This document shows, piece after piece, positions 19,679 to 27,440 of a DNA stretch of 37,663 bases (position 1 is its first letter; each line of letters opens with the position of its first letter). The position numbers and the translations under genes were made by a program. The notes under the pieces were generated by a model, which was not told the origin of the DNA, searched no databases, and saw only the letters and a program-made list of their open reading frames with translations. Source of the stretch: a virus (taxonomy: Duplodnaviria > Caudoviricetes); IMG/VR virus record IMGVR_UViG_3300030397_001117, positions 1 through 37,663 of that record. One strand, 5' to 3'.

Positions 19679-19712
19679 GGAGTAGTGATCATCGGCTTCG
19701 TTTTTTCATGAG

Positions 19713-19743
19713 GCCCGGACGTTAAAATGCGTCCGGGTTCTTC
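19713..19743 (+). terminator. Intrinsic terminator ending the late operon
   Basis: Stem CCCGGACG/CGTCCGGG followed by TTCTTC. Confidence 0.65.
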
Positions 19744-19826
19744 ATATGAGGAAACTTCAGATGATAGTTAATCGTTATGTATCCACCCCCTATTATTTGA
19801 AATCTGGTGGCCGTAAACTATTACAC

Positions 19827-20315
19827 ATGAAAATACGTATGCCAGAGGTCGAGAAGACCATTGTGAACAGAAGCAAGCTCTACAGGAGATTGCACAGAAT
19901 TGTGAGGAATACCAAAGCTGACCAGGCCAGGCTAATCCGGTGTTCTAAAATCAAGACCAAACTTGACATTATCTACACAAGCATCGTGTGTGGATGCGAT
20001 TCTGGGCTGACTGAAGAGCAAGACGAGAGGCTGAGAAGGTGCCGAGTAGACAGCTACTTTTTTGAGACGATGAGGGAAGCCATTGAGAAAGGGCATACAA
20101 CGAGGTCATATGATTTGATGCCTAACTCTATGATGAAGACTTCCTTTGAACGATATGAGATCAGACATGGATTAATAGTTTCCATTGGTACAGTTCACCA
20201 ATTCTATTTATACTTGTCAGTAGGGACACAGGACCGGCTCAATTTCGATGTTATCCACGAGCTTCCATTCATCCTGGAGGAAGCTAAGCATATCAAGAAA
20301 ATCGTAAGAGCATGA
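19827..20315 (+). CDS. Hypothetical protein (isolated, moron-like)
   Basis: ORF bounded by terminators; start could be 19746, 19827 or 19839. Confidence 0.6.
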   Translation: MKIRMPEVEKTIVNRSKLYRRLHRIVRNTKADQARLIRCSKIKTKLDIIYTSIVCGCDSGLTEEQDERLRRCRVDSYFFETMREAIEKGHTTRSYDLMPNSMMKTSFERYEIRHGLIVSIGTVHQFYLYLSVGTQDRLNFDVIHELPFILEEAKHIKKIVRA

Positions 20316-20329
20316 TAGCTGATGTAGCC

Positions 20330-20377
20330 AAAAAAAAGGAGGGCTCCACTCGAGATGTGAAGCCCTCCTTTCTGTTT
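20330..20377. terminator. Bidirectional intrinsic terminator
   Basis: Stem AAGGAGGGCT/AGCCCTCCTT with an A-run on the left and a T-rich run on the right, between convergent genes. Confidence 0.85.
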
Positions 20378-20424
20378 ATGTGATAGTTGAAACTATTCGA
20401 TTTCGTCTATTTCCGGATATGGAA

Positions 20425-20493
20425 TTAGACCGTTGCAGTCCGAATTTCACTCCGCAAATTCAATTCCTTCAAAGACATTCTTGGATTCTTCAT
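20425..20493 (-). CDS. 22-aa peptide MKNPRMSLKELNLRSEIRTATV
   Basis: Preceded by AAAACAAAAAAAACCTAACAAC (Bacteroidota-type start region) and a -7-like box; followed by the terminator. Confidence 0.6.
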   Translation of the reverse strand: MKNPRMSLKELNLRSEIRTATV

Positions 20494-20540
20494 GTTGTTA
20501 GGTTTTTTTTGTTTTCTGTAGATATAACGCCTCTTCGAGG

Positions 20541-20550
20541 TAAATATAAC
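20541..20550 (-). promoter_or_regulatory. Putative Bacteroidota -7 promoter element for the peptide gene
   Basis: GTTATATTTA on the minus strand, compared with GTTATATTTG at the repressor promoter; consensus TAnnTTTG; no clear -33 element. Confidence 0.45.
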
Positions 20551-20564
20551 CCAAAAAGTAGACT

Positions 20565-21692
20565 TTAACATTGCTTTAGCTTGGGCTTGGGGACAGACAC
20601 AATGTAGAACCCATTCCCTTTCATCATCCACTTTTCACAGTCAATGTGTGCACTTCCGCCAAGTAACTCAATCGAACAATCCGGATCTCCGTAGTCAGTC
20701 AAGCTTCCAAAGCACTCAGCCAAAAGTTCATGGTCTTCACTTCTAAAGATGTAATCTATCGAAAGCTTCTTTGTCAATAGATTCAATCGAAGTGAATATG
20801 AACTATCTGACATTGGCACAATCCTCTTCTCCTTAACAACCCCGGATATGGTATGTTTAAACTTCAAGACATCTTGCAGTTGTTCTTCGTCTTTAGGGAG
20901 TTGAGTCCGGAGTGTAAATTTATCACCGTCTGTTCGAACCCTATTCGTTGTGATCTTCAATAGCTTTTGTTCAATATCTTTTGTGTCTTGATCATCCACT
21001 GTCACTCGGAAGTTAACGATCTCTCGAATCGAGTCGTCCTTCACTCCCTGGTCATCCATAGGCTCGAAATATAGAACGACATTCAAGTAGTCGAGTAAAT
21101 TCCTAATTTGAGACGAATCGCTATTGTTTAGTTTGAACTTCAGCGTGCAATCCTTTTCAATGTAGGTTGAACCATTTTCACCCGGCTTAACCTTACAGAC
21201 AATAGTTTCTTTGAAGTATTCGAAATAAGGTTGAGCAAAATGCTCGATGAGCCGTTGATCAAATTCTACAAGAGTCTTGTCATAGTGAGATCCAGCCACT
21301 TTGTAATACTGTTCGGTCACATCTTTCCTGAGCTTCATCAGTCCACTTCTGTTCTGTACCTTGAGGTAGTCCTTTTTAGTCAAAATCTTAAGTAACGCCG
21401 CCTCAATTTTTTTCGAGAATTCAGGAAGTTCCAGAAAGTAACTAATCACCCCCGCGGCCACCAACGCTTGACCTATTGAATTAGCAAAAGTTGATGCATG
21501 CTCCCAGGCTGTTCTTGCAGTTCCTGAATCCCATGGTTCAATAGCAAGGTTAATTATTACTGAGAACAAAATACATAGGGCACCTCCCAAACCAGACATC
21601 CAGAATGATCTTCTGGGCAGAAGATTGTTCATCCGTTTTGTCTTGACCTTCTTTTTTGGCTCAGACGGTTTTAAAAAGTCGAAAAATCCCAT
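20565..21692 (-). CDS. Membrane protein with 2 N-terminal TM helices and a ~280-aa soluble beta-rich domain
   Basis: FWMSGLGGALCILFSVIINLAI and SIGQALVAAGVISYFL hydrophobic segments; lies in the repressor operon. Confidence 0.8.
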   Translation of the reverse strand: MGFFDFLKPSEPKKKVKTKRMNNLLPRRSFWMSGLGGALCILFSVIINLAIEPWDSGTARTAWEHASTFANSIGQALVAAGVISYFLELPEFSKKIEAALLKILTKKDYLKVQNRSGLMKLRKDVTEQYYKVAGSHYDKTLVEFDQRLIEHFAQPYFEYFKETIVCKVKPGENGSTYIEKDCTLKFKLNNSDSSQIRNLLDYLNVVLYFEPMDDQGVKDDSIREIVNFRVTVDDQDTKDIEQKLLKITTNRVRTDGDKFTLRTQLPKDEEQLQDVLKFKHTISGVVKEKRIVPMSDSSYSLRLNLLTKKLSIDYIFRSEDHELLAECFGSLTDYGDPDCSIELLGGSAHIDCEKWMMKGNGFYIVSVPKPKLKQC

Positions 21693-21803
21693 GTTATTCG
21701 ATGTTCTTCTTTCAGAAGGTGTAATTGTAATTGGTCCCGATCAGCAACCAACCGTTCTTTTCTATGTACTTCGCAACATCCACGCCAGAATTAAAAACTT
21801 TGA

Positions 21804-22295
21804 TCACCAATCTGAATTACCTGAGTTTATGTATGAATTCAAATCCTCAAATAGTTCTAACCATTTGTGCTGCGCAACTACCAGTCCCTTCTGAGTAACC
21901 AATGGTTTCCTTGAAGTGTGATCGCCTCCGCTGACATATGCTGACGTAGTAGTGTAGCTTGGATCAGTAATGCTCATTTTTAATTTGCCCTCCTTCACTT
22001 CAACCTTCATAGTCTGATGCACAAAGTGGTGAAATTGCGACTCCACATAGTCATATATATACTTACCCATGACAACTCCAGCTTCCTTATCTTGAAACTC
22101 GATCACGGATTCTGCTGAATTAAAAGTCTTCACAAACCACTCGTTGACCTTGATATAAAGAGCATTCTTACTGACTCCCTCAAAGCTGGCAACTTTTTCA
22201 AAACTTCTCATCGCAGGATCTGCAGCAGGACCAGGCATGGTTGTGCAACCTGAGATGCCTATTCCTAATACGATCAACAACAGTAATATTCTCAT
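21804..22295 (-). CDS. Lipoprotein, DUF4468-like
   Basis: Signal peptide with lipobox ISG-C; SKNALY...WFVKTFNSAESVIEFQDKEAGVVMGK. Confidence 0.8.
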   Translation of the reverse strand: MRILLLLIVLGIGISGCTTMPGPAADPAMRSFEKVASFEGVSKNALYIKVNEWFVKTFNSAESVIEFQDKEAGVVMGKYIYDYVESQFHHFVHQTMKVEVKEGKLKMSITDPSYTTTSAYVSGGDHTSRKPLVTQKGLVVAQHKWLELFEDLNSYINSGNSDW

Positions 22296-22321
22296 ACTTA
22301 ACACCCTTTTGATTTATAAAA

Positions 22322-22690
22322 TCAAGGATCTACCGCAGTCGATAGTATCCTCATGTATTCATTGTGTACTTTAAAGTGCTTGTCTATCTTGTCCAATAAC
22401 TCTCTGTTAATACTGATAATCTCAGTCATATCGGAACTTCCTTCCCTGTTGTGGTTTTCTTCTTCATCCACGAACATTCTACCATCTCCAGTGATTAACC
22501 ATTCAATATTAACCGAAGGATACACCCTTTTGATGTTTTGGAATATATCGACTCCGGGCTTAAGGGACTTGCCATTAACTATTCGGCTAATAGTCGCAGG
22601 ATGGTTGAATCCTATTTCCTGACTAAATGTGGTAATATTCAACCTTAGTCCCCTTACAATTAGATCATGAAGTCTATCAGAAAGAGCCAT
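22322..22690 (-). CDS. CI-like immunity repressor (XRE HTH)
   Basis: ITTFSQEIG...ATISRIVNGKS.KPG HTH and YPSVNIEWLITGDGRM; divergent from the early genes; no S24 peptidase domain. Confidence 0.88.
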   Translation of the reverse strand: MALSDRLHDLIVRGLRLNITTFSQEIGFNHPATISRIVNGKSLKPGVDIFQNIKRVYPSVNIEWLITGDGRMFVDEEENHNREGSSDMTEIISINRELLDKIDKHFKVHNEYMRILSTAVDP

Positions 22691-22728
22691 CTATCGAGAC
22701 ATATTCGTTAAAATAATATAGATTAGTT

Positions 22729-22759
22729 TTTGTTATGTGCATATTATTCTCTATAATTG
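22729..22759 (+). promoter_or_regulatory. Rightward early (lytic) promoter
   Basis: TTTG-N19-TATAATTG, close to the Bacteroidota consensus TTTG-N19-21-TAnnTTTG. Confidence 0.6.
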
Positions 22760-22782
22760 CATATAAGTTATAAACACTACTC

Positions 22783-22813
22783 CAAATATAACAATCGGAT
22801 GGAAATGCAGAAA
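22783..22813 (-). promoter_or_regulatory. Leftward repressor promoter
   Basis: TTTC-N19-TATATTTG on the minus strand (perfect -7 box). Confidence 0.6.
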
Positions 22814-23080
22814 TTTTCAGGTGACATGTCCATGGGTCACCATGACATTCTAGTGCGCTTAATCAACAGGCAGAGCGAGGGTGGATTGACCACTCAGTGG
22901 AGAGCAGCGTACATGAGAGATGAAATACTCCATCCGTTAATGGAGGCCCTACAAGAGAAGTATAAAGGTCGATTTGAGGAGATAGATATCCCATTGAGAG
23001 AATTAATCCGGGATATGGTGATCAACCATTCGTGTAGAGAGGAGAATGAAACTGCGGCTGTCGAAACCAGAGCCTCTTAA
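22799..23080 (+). CDS. First early gene (Cro position), hypothetical
   Basis: Divergent from the repressor; no clear HTH seen; start uncertain. Confidence 0.6.
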   Translation: MEMQKFSGDMSMGHHDILVRLINRQSEGGLTTQWRAAYMRDEILHPLMEALQEKYKGRFEEIDIPLRELIRDMVINHSCREENETAAVETRAS

Positions 23081-23088
23081 CACCCTTA

Positions 23089-23117
23089 GGCCGGGTTTGA
23101 CCTACCCGGCCATTTTT
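23089..23117 (+). terminator. Intrinsic terminator (tR1-like)
   Basis: Stem GGCCGGGT/ACCCGGCC followed by ATTTTT. Confidence 0.75.
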
Positions 23118-23184
23118 CACGGCATAGATCAGGAATGGAGAAAGCTTCATTTCGTTCACTAGAATTTCATATTTCGTTTAGATC

Positions 23185-23233
23185 GCCCTCGCATTGAGAA
23201 TGCATGTCCGGTTCGCAACTGGAGAGGGCACGA
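23185..23233 (+). ncRNA. tRNA-like mini-structure (acceptor stem plus T-arm, no full D/anticodon arms)
   Basis: GCCCTC/GAGGGC stem, GCATT-GAG-AATGC hairpin, TCCGG-TTCGCAA-CTGGA T-arm, then ACGA. Confidence 0.5.
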
Positions 23234-23336
23234 GGAATGATCCTGAAAACGTTCGGGGTCGCCACACTATTTCTCAGTATTGGTTTTCAGTTTATTAGAA
23301 CTTAGAAGGCTTGCCGGAGTAATCCTGCAAGAAAAG

Positions 23337-23370
23337 GCGGCCCGAGATGACTGCTCGGGCCGCACATTTT
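23337..23370 (+). terminator. Strong hairpin / probable terminator
   Basis: Perfect 10-bp stem GCGGCCCGAG/CTCGGGCCGC followed by ACATTTT. Confidence 0.6.
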
Positions 23371-23424
23371 GAATTTTATCACAAGGGGCTACTGTTGGTC
23401 CAGGGCCCTTGCAATAAACGATCA

Positions 23425-23769
23425 ATGGCGAATGTAACCAAAACACCACGATCTTCCTATGCGCGGTTCCAAACCTTCCATAGGTCCAACCCTCATGTAT
23501 ATGAGAAATTCAAAGAGGTAGCACTTGGCTTAATCCAAAAGGGATACAAGCGGCTCTCTTCCAAAATGATCATAGAATACATCCGATGTCGCTTCATGAT
23601 GAAGACGAGATCCAATGATGACTTCAAGATCAATAATAACTACACCCCTTTCTATACCCGGGAATTCCAGAAGGAGTATCCTCAATTCGCCAAAATTTTC
23701 GAAACGCGAAAACAGAAAAGCGTAGGAGGGTCATCCACTTCATTTCATCCGATAGCAAGCCATCCATAA
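23425..23769 (+). CDS. Conserved phage hypothetical protein
   Basis: FH..NPHVY..F, SSKMIIE.IR, FKINNNY..FY.R pattern familiar from phage early regions; start placed after the hairpins. Confidence 0.75.
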   Translation: MANVTKTPRSSYARFQTFHRSNPHVYEKFKEVALGLIQKGYKRLSSKMIIEYIRCRFMMKTRSNDDFKINNNYTPFYTREFQKEYPQFAKIFETRKQKSVGGSSTSFHPIASHP

Positions 23770-24632
23770 TGAAGGACCCCAGCTTCTTATTCTATTACAA
23801 GGACTTCCTGATCGACACAGCAACCTTTTCTGCTGAAGAGCTCGGATGGTATATCCGATTGCTGTGCCAACAGGCAGAACATCACCGGCTTCAGAACGAT
23901 ATGGATCAGTTGGCGAGGCTTGCTATGGTAGCGTATGCTGACTACGAACGCTTTACCGTAAGCTGGAAGCGTACGCTTAGTAAAAAGTTTGGCGAATGCT
24001 CTGAGCCTGGCTTTCTCTATAACCGAAAGCTGCGTCAAGTCATGAGCGATCGAGCCGCTTATTCGATGCGTCAAAAACTGCGCGGACTACGCGGAAGCTA
24101 CGCAAAGAAATTGGCTCGCATGTCCCATAAAATAAAGGATTCGAAGACATTTCTTGATGATCTAATTGATATTGAATTCTTCAATTCTAATGATGAAGAG
24201 AGAAGCGTACGCTTCCAGCATAAGCTTGAAGCTTATTTAGTAAATGCAAATGTAGATGTAATTGTAAATAAAGAAGAAAGAGAGAAAGGGGAGTTTGAGG
24301 GGAAAGAGATTCAGAGCGGAAAGTGGCCAGACTCTGGGACTCCGGAAGAAGCACTCAGGTCCAACGGCCTTCGCTACAAGCAAGTCATTCTCGACAGCCA
24401 ATACGCTCACGAGCTTCCGGACGGCATCGATCACTGGATTAAAAAATGGAGCCTCGCGGTCATCAACAATGAAGACAACGCCTGGCGATCAAAGAGCTGG
24501 CAGCAATTATCGAGTTCTGCGCTGAAGTACCTGATGTCCAGCTGGTCAGGAATCAAACGACAGGACCGGTTGAGAGAATTACAAGGTGGAAAGGAAAGCA
24601 TTATGGACAAACCAATACGCCTTGAGTCATGA
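23769..24632 (+). CDS. Replication initiator, DUF1376/YdaU-like
   Basis: MKDPSFLFYYKDFL.DT..FSAEE.GWYIRLLC.Q N-terminus; LYNRKL; VNANVDVIVNKE linker. Confidence 0.8.
   Translation: MKDPSFLFYYKDFLIDTATFSAEELGWYIRLLCQQAEHHRLQNDMDQLARLAMVAYADYERFTVSWKRTLSKKFGECSEPGFLYNRKLRQVMSDRAAYSMRQKLRGLRGSYAKKLARMSHKIKDSKTFLDDLIDIEFFNSNDEERSVRFQHKLEAYLVNANVDVIVNKEEREKGEFEGKEIQSGKWPDSGTPEEALRSNGLRYKQVILDSQYAHELPDGIDHWIKKWSLAVINNEDNAWRSKSWQQLSSSALKYLMSSWSGIKRQDRLRELQGGKESIMDKPIRLES
23930..24285. repeat. Putative replication origin: palindromic iterons plus AT/purine-rich tract inside the initiator gene
   Basis: AAGCGTACGCTT at 23967 and 24203, AGCGTATGCT at 23930, TAAGCTTGAAGCTTA at 24221, then GTAAAT-like hexamers. 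Confidence 0.55.
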
Positions 24633-25444
24633 CAGGACTATCAATATCCAAAATCACCTTGTCGCAGCCAAGCACTCCAGAAGTGATTCGCATAAACAAG
24701 AGCACGACCCACGAGGTCAAAACGAACTCCATGAAGCAGCAATACTTGATCATTGCTGAGCTTGTCAAGATTTGTGATGATTATGCCATCCCGGTCGAAG
24801 AGAATAAGCTGAAGAGCCTGAGTGCTTTTGTGATGAAATTTTATGCAGATCTCTTCTTGGAAGACTTGATGGATGCCTTTGATTACGTCGCAAATGGAGA
24901 AGAGGAAGTTGAGATCAGTAATTATGGCCGACCTCTTACAAAGGATCTGTTGGGTAGAGTGTTTCGAATATACGCAACCAAGGTTCGACCAGCTCGTGCA
25001 GCTCTAAAAAAAGACAAGCCATTCGGCCATGAAAAGAAAATTGTAACCCCTGAGCAATTGGCTCACCAGTTTGCATTGAGGTATTGGAAGATCAAAGATG
25101 CGATTGAGAAGAACAAGGGGCTTGAATTTCTGATTCTGAATTACCTGTTCGAGGTGCTCAGAAAATGCGGAGTCACCTTTACCCAAGAGCAAATAGACAA
25201 AGCTGAATCCCTAGCAAAAGATATTGTCAAAAGGTCAATTGATCGCCAACGTGCAGATAACGAGATCAAGGAACGAGAATTTCGTGATTTAATGAAAGAC
25301 TTTGAACGAGCATCAAGTAGGAGCTTGAATGCAATACAAATCCAACAAAAAAATGAATTAGTCCGCATGTGGGTAGAAAACATGACTATGGACTTTGATC
25401 AATTGAAACAATTTATCCTAACCAATTACAAAGCCGAGCAATGA
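24629..25444 (+). CDS. Hypothetical protein (helicase-loader position)
   Basis: ATGA-coupled to the initiator; helical; no Walker motif. Confidence 0.7.
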   Translation: MTGLSISKITLSQPSTPEVIRINKSTTHEVKTNSMKQQYLIIAELVKICDDYAIPVEENKLKSLSAFVMKFYADLFLEDLMDAFDYVANGEEEVEISNYGRPLTKDLLGRVFRIYATKVRPARAALKKDKPFGHEKKIVTPEQLAHQFALRYWKIKDAIEKNKGLEFLILNYLFEVLRKCGVTFTQEQIDKAESLAKDIVKRSIDRQRADNEIKEREFRDLMKDFERASSRSLNAIQIQQKNELVRMWVENMTMDFDQLKQFILTNYKAEQ

Positions 25445-25731
25445 CATTGATTCAAATGACAGAGATGCAGTTGAGAAATATTATAGGTGAAGAAATCGCC
25501 AAGGCTCTGAAAAAGTATAGCTCCACATCTACCCAGGCAATAGGGCCGGGCATGTCCCCTACCCTTACTGTAAAGGAAGTGGCCAATCTTGTGGGAGTCG
25601 TGCCGCACACCATTCGAACCTGGTACCGACAAGGAAAGATCAACGGCACGCAAATAGGTAGGAAAATACTCTTCAATCGAGACTACATCCTCGAGTTCAT
25701 CGAATACCGAAAACGAATAATCAACCATTAA
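25441..25731 (+). CDS. Excisionase-like HTH_17/MerR-type DNA-binding protein
   Basis: LTVKEVANLVGV.PHTIRTWYRQGKI...IGRKILF. Confidence 0.85.
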   Translation: MTLIQMTEMQLRNIIGEEIAKALKKYSSTSTQAIGPGMSPTLTVKEVANLVGVVPHTIRTWYRQGKINGTQIGRKILFNRDYILEFIEYRKRIINH

Positions 25732-25741
25732 ATCCAAACCC

Positions 25742-26365
25742 ATGAAACAGATCTTCATAATCGGTTTTATAACAGTTCTTACGCTGCCCTGCAAAAGTGT
25801 GGGGCAGCCAACTGAAACTCCGGACGGCATGCTTCTTCCGGCAATTACCGTAACCAAACACCTGAGTCCTGAAGTAGCACGGATTCTTCAAATGGAGGCA
25901 CGGATTGAGGCACAGAAAAATGAAGTAAGAAGTGACTCTATCCCACCCCGACACATCGATGATAATGTCTCCACATTTGACTTGATGCCCTGGGATGAAA
26001 TGTATGACACACTCAGACGTCAATTCAGTACTCCAGCTTCTGCCCCACCCTGTTCCGATCGGGAAAGAGAAATTCGAAAAATGCAAGTGGACATTGAATG
26101 TCTTGAAATTTCTCCGGAAGAGCTTGGCTTCCTCTGTGACACCTCCAATTGCGAGGGAGGTGTACACGATGCCTTTATTGTGAAGCAAGACGCCATCCAT
26201 ATCGGAGATCCTATATGTGAGTACATAGTAGCTGTTTATCCTGCACTGCCAAGGTTACCAGTTGGACGCATATTGAGGGGCAACCAAGGTAATGAGCGCC
26301 TGGACTGGATGTTCGTTTGCAAACAATGCTTCTACGAAAGAGGTGATACAATGACATTAGATTAA
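25742..26365 (+). CDS. Hypothetical, probably exported, Cys-rich protein
   Basis: MKQIFIIGFITVLTLPCKSVG-Q signal-like N-terminus; A-rich leader. Confidence 0.6.
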   Translation: MKQIFIIGFITVLTLPCKSVGQPTETPDGMLLPAITVTKHLSPEVARILQMEARIEAQKNEVRSDSIPPRHIDDNVSTFDLMPWDEMYDTLRRQFSTPASAPPCSDREREIRKMQVDIECLEISPEELGFLCDTSNCEGGVHDAFIVKQDAIHIGDPICEYIVAVYPALPRLPVGRILRGNQGNERLDWMFVCKQCFYERGDTMTLD

Positions 26366-26522
26366 TCAAAATATCAAAGAATGGCACTCGAAAGATTAGT
26401 AGAATTAAAAGACAAGCCCGGTGAACAGTTTTACGTCTACCAATCCTCAAGGAGGGGAACGTGGATCCGGTCGGATGATTGCGAAACTGAATATTATTCT
26501 TCAATGCTAAATTTCATTGACG

Positions 26523-26888
26523 ATGAAGATGTTCAAAGTACCTGAGGAATTCCGAATTCCCAAAGGCCATCCATTGGGCTCTGATTCCACCTATGGAAAC
26601 AAAGGAGCCTTTCGGATTCGATTTAATAATCGATCCACTGCAATGGTGATCGCATCGGATGGTAGAGGATGGGAACATGTATCCGTACATATCATAACTA
26701 AAGGCAGACCGCGGACTCCCACGTGGGCAGAAATGTGTAGAATAAAAAGAATGTTCTGGTCTGATGAGGCATGTGTCGTTCAATACCACCCACCTAAGAC
26801 TGATTATATCAATTTGCACAACAACACCCTACACATGTGGAGGCCCATAGGTGTATCAATTCCAATGCCTCCGCATGAGCTGGTCTAA
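26523..26888 (+). CDS. Conserved phage hypothetical protein (GWEHVSV...PTW.EM...HP...LH.WRP family)
   Basis: Recognisable conserved motif string. Confidence 0.8.
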   Translation: MKMFKVPEEFRIPKGHPLGSDSTYGNKGAFRIRFNNRSTAMVIASDGRGWEHVSVHIITKGRPRTPTWAEMCRIKRMFWSDEACVVQYHPPKTDYINLHNNTLHMWRPIGVSIPMPPHELV

Positions 26889-26902
26889 TCCTTAGTAAAA
26901 AA

Positions 26903-27046
26903 ATGAAGGCCAAATTTTACTTAGCGCTTCTCTTAGTTAATATCTGGGGCTGTTCCTTAACTAAGCCAGATAATTCCGAACCTATAGAGTTTTTCCCAGA
27001 AGCAGAACACTACCATTTTGAAATACCTAAACCGTGCAAGAAATGA
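26903..27046 (+). CDS. 47-aa small lipoprotein (not in ORF track)
   Basis: MKAKFYLALLLVNIWG-C; A-rich leader; ATGA overlap with the next gene. Confidence 0.6.
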   Translation: MKAKFYLALLLVNIWGCSLTKPDNSEPIEFFPEAEHYHFEIPKPCKK

Positions 27047-27411
27047 TCAACGCACAGGAATTAAGAATTGGAAATCTAATTGAGCGTCACTTCAAGAGCT
27101 CAAAGCCAAACAAGTTGTTGAGTACCACTCCAATTACTATAGAGGAGGCTTACAAATTTCCAAAAACATATAACCCTATTCCCCTTACCAAGGAATGGCT
27201 ATTGGCGTTCGGCTTTGAAACCACACACCAAGGTATCATTTACAAGCTCAAGTCCATAGGCTTCAGAATTTGGAGAAATGGATCTTCTGAACAGTGGCAT
27301 TTCTTCGTACCTGCGTCGACGGTGGATGGATTTATTGTCCCACTTCATAATGTCCATCAATTACAGAACCTCTATTTCACTTTAACAAACAGCGAGCTAA
27401 CAACAGTTTAA
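27043..27411 (+). CDS. Conserved Bacteroidota-phage hypothetical protein
   Basis: ELRIGN, PIPLT.EWLL.FGF, VHQLQNLYF.LT..EL. Confidence 0.8.
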   Translation: MINAQELRIGNLIERHFKSSKPNKLLSTTPITIEEAYKFPKTYNPIPLTKEWLLAFGFETTHQGIIYKLKSIGFRIWRNGSSEQWHFFVPASTVDGFIVPLHNVHQLQNLYFTLTNSELTTV

Positions 27412-27440
27412 TCACAAATTCTAAAACAATCAAATTAATC

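Noticed and set aside
20380-20631. ORF-track calls 20380-20568 (+) and the long 20425-20631 (-)
   Set aside because: The plus ORF is antisense across the peptide gene and its A/T-tract leader; the long minus version overlaps the 375-aa gene and reads through the A-rich leader, so ATG 20493 is preferred
23185-23233. A bona fide tRNA gene
   Set aside because: Only about 49 nt, with no D-arm or 7-nt anticodon loop; kept as tRNA-like only
23267-23449. Minus ORF 23267-23449 and the extended start at 23347
   Set aside because: Both run through strong RNA hairpins, and the conserved protein motif starts after ATG 23425
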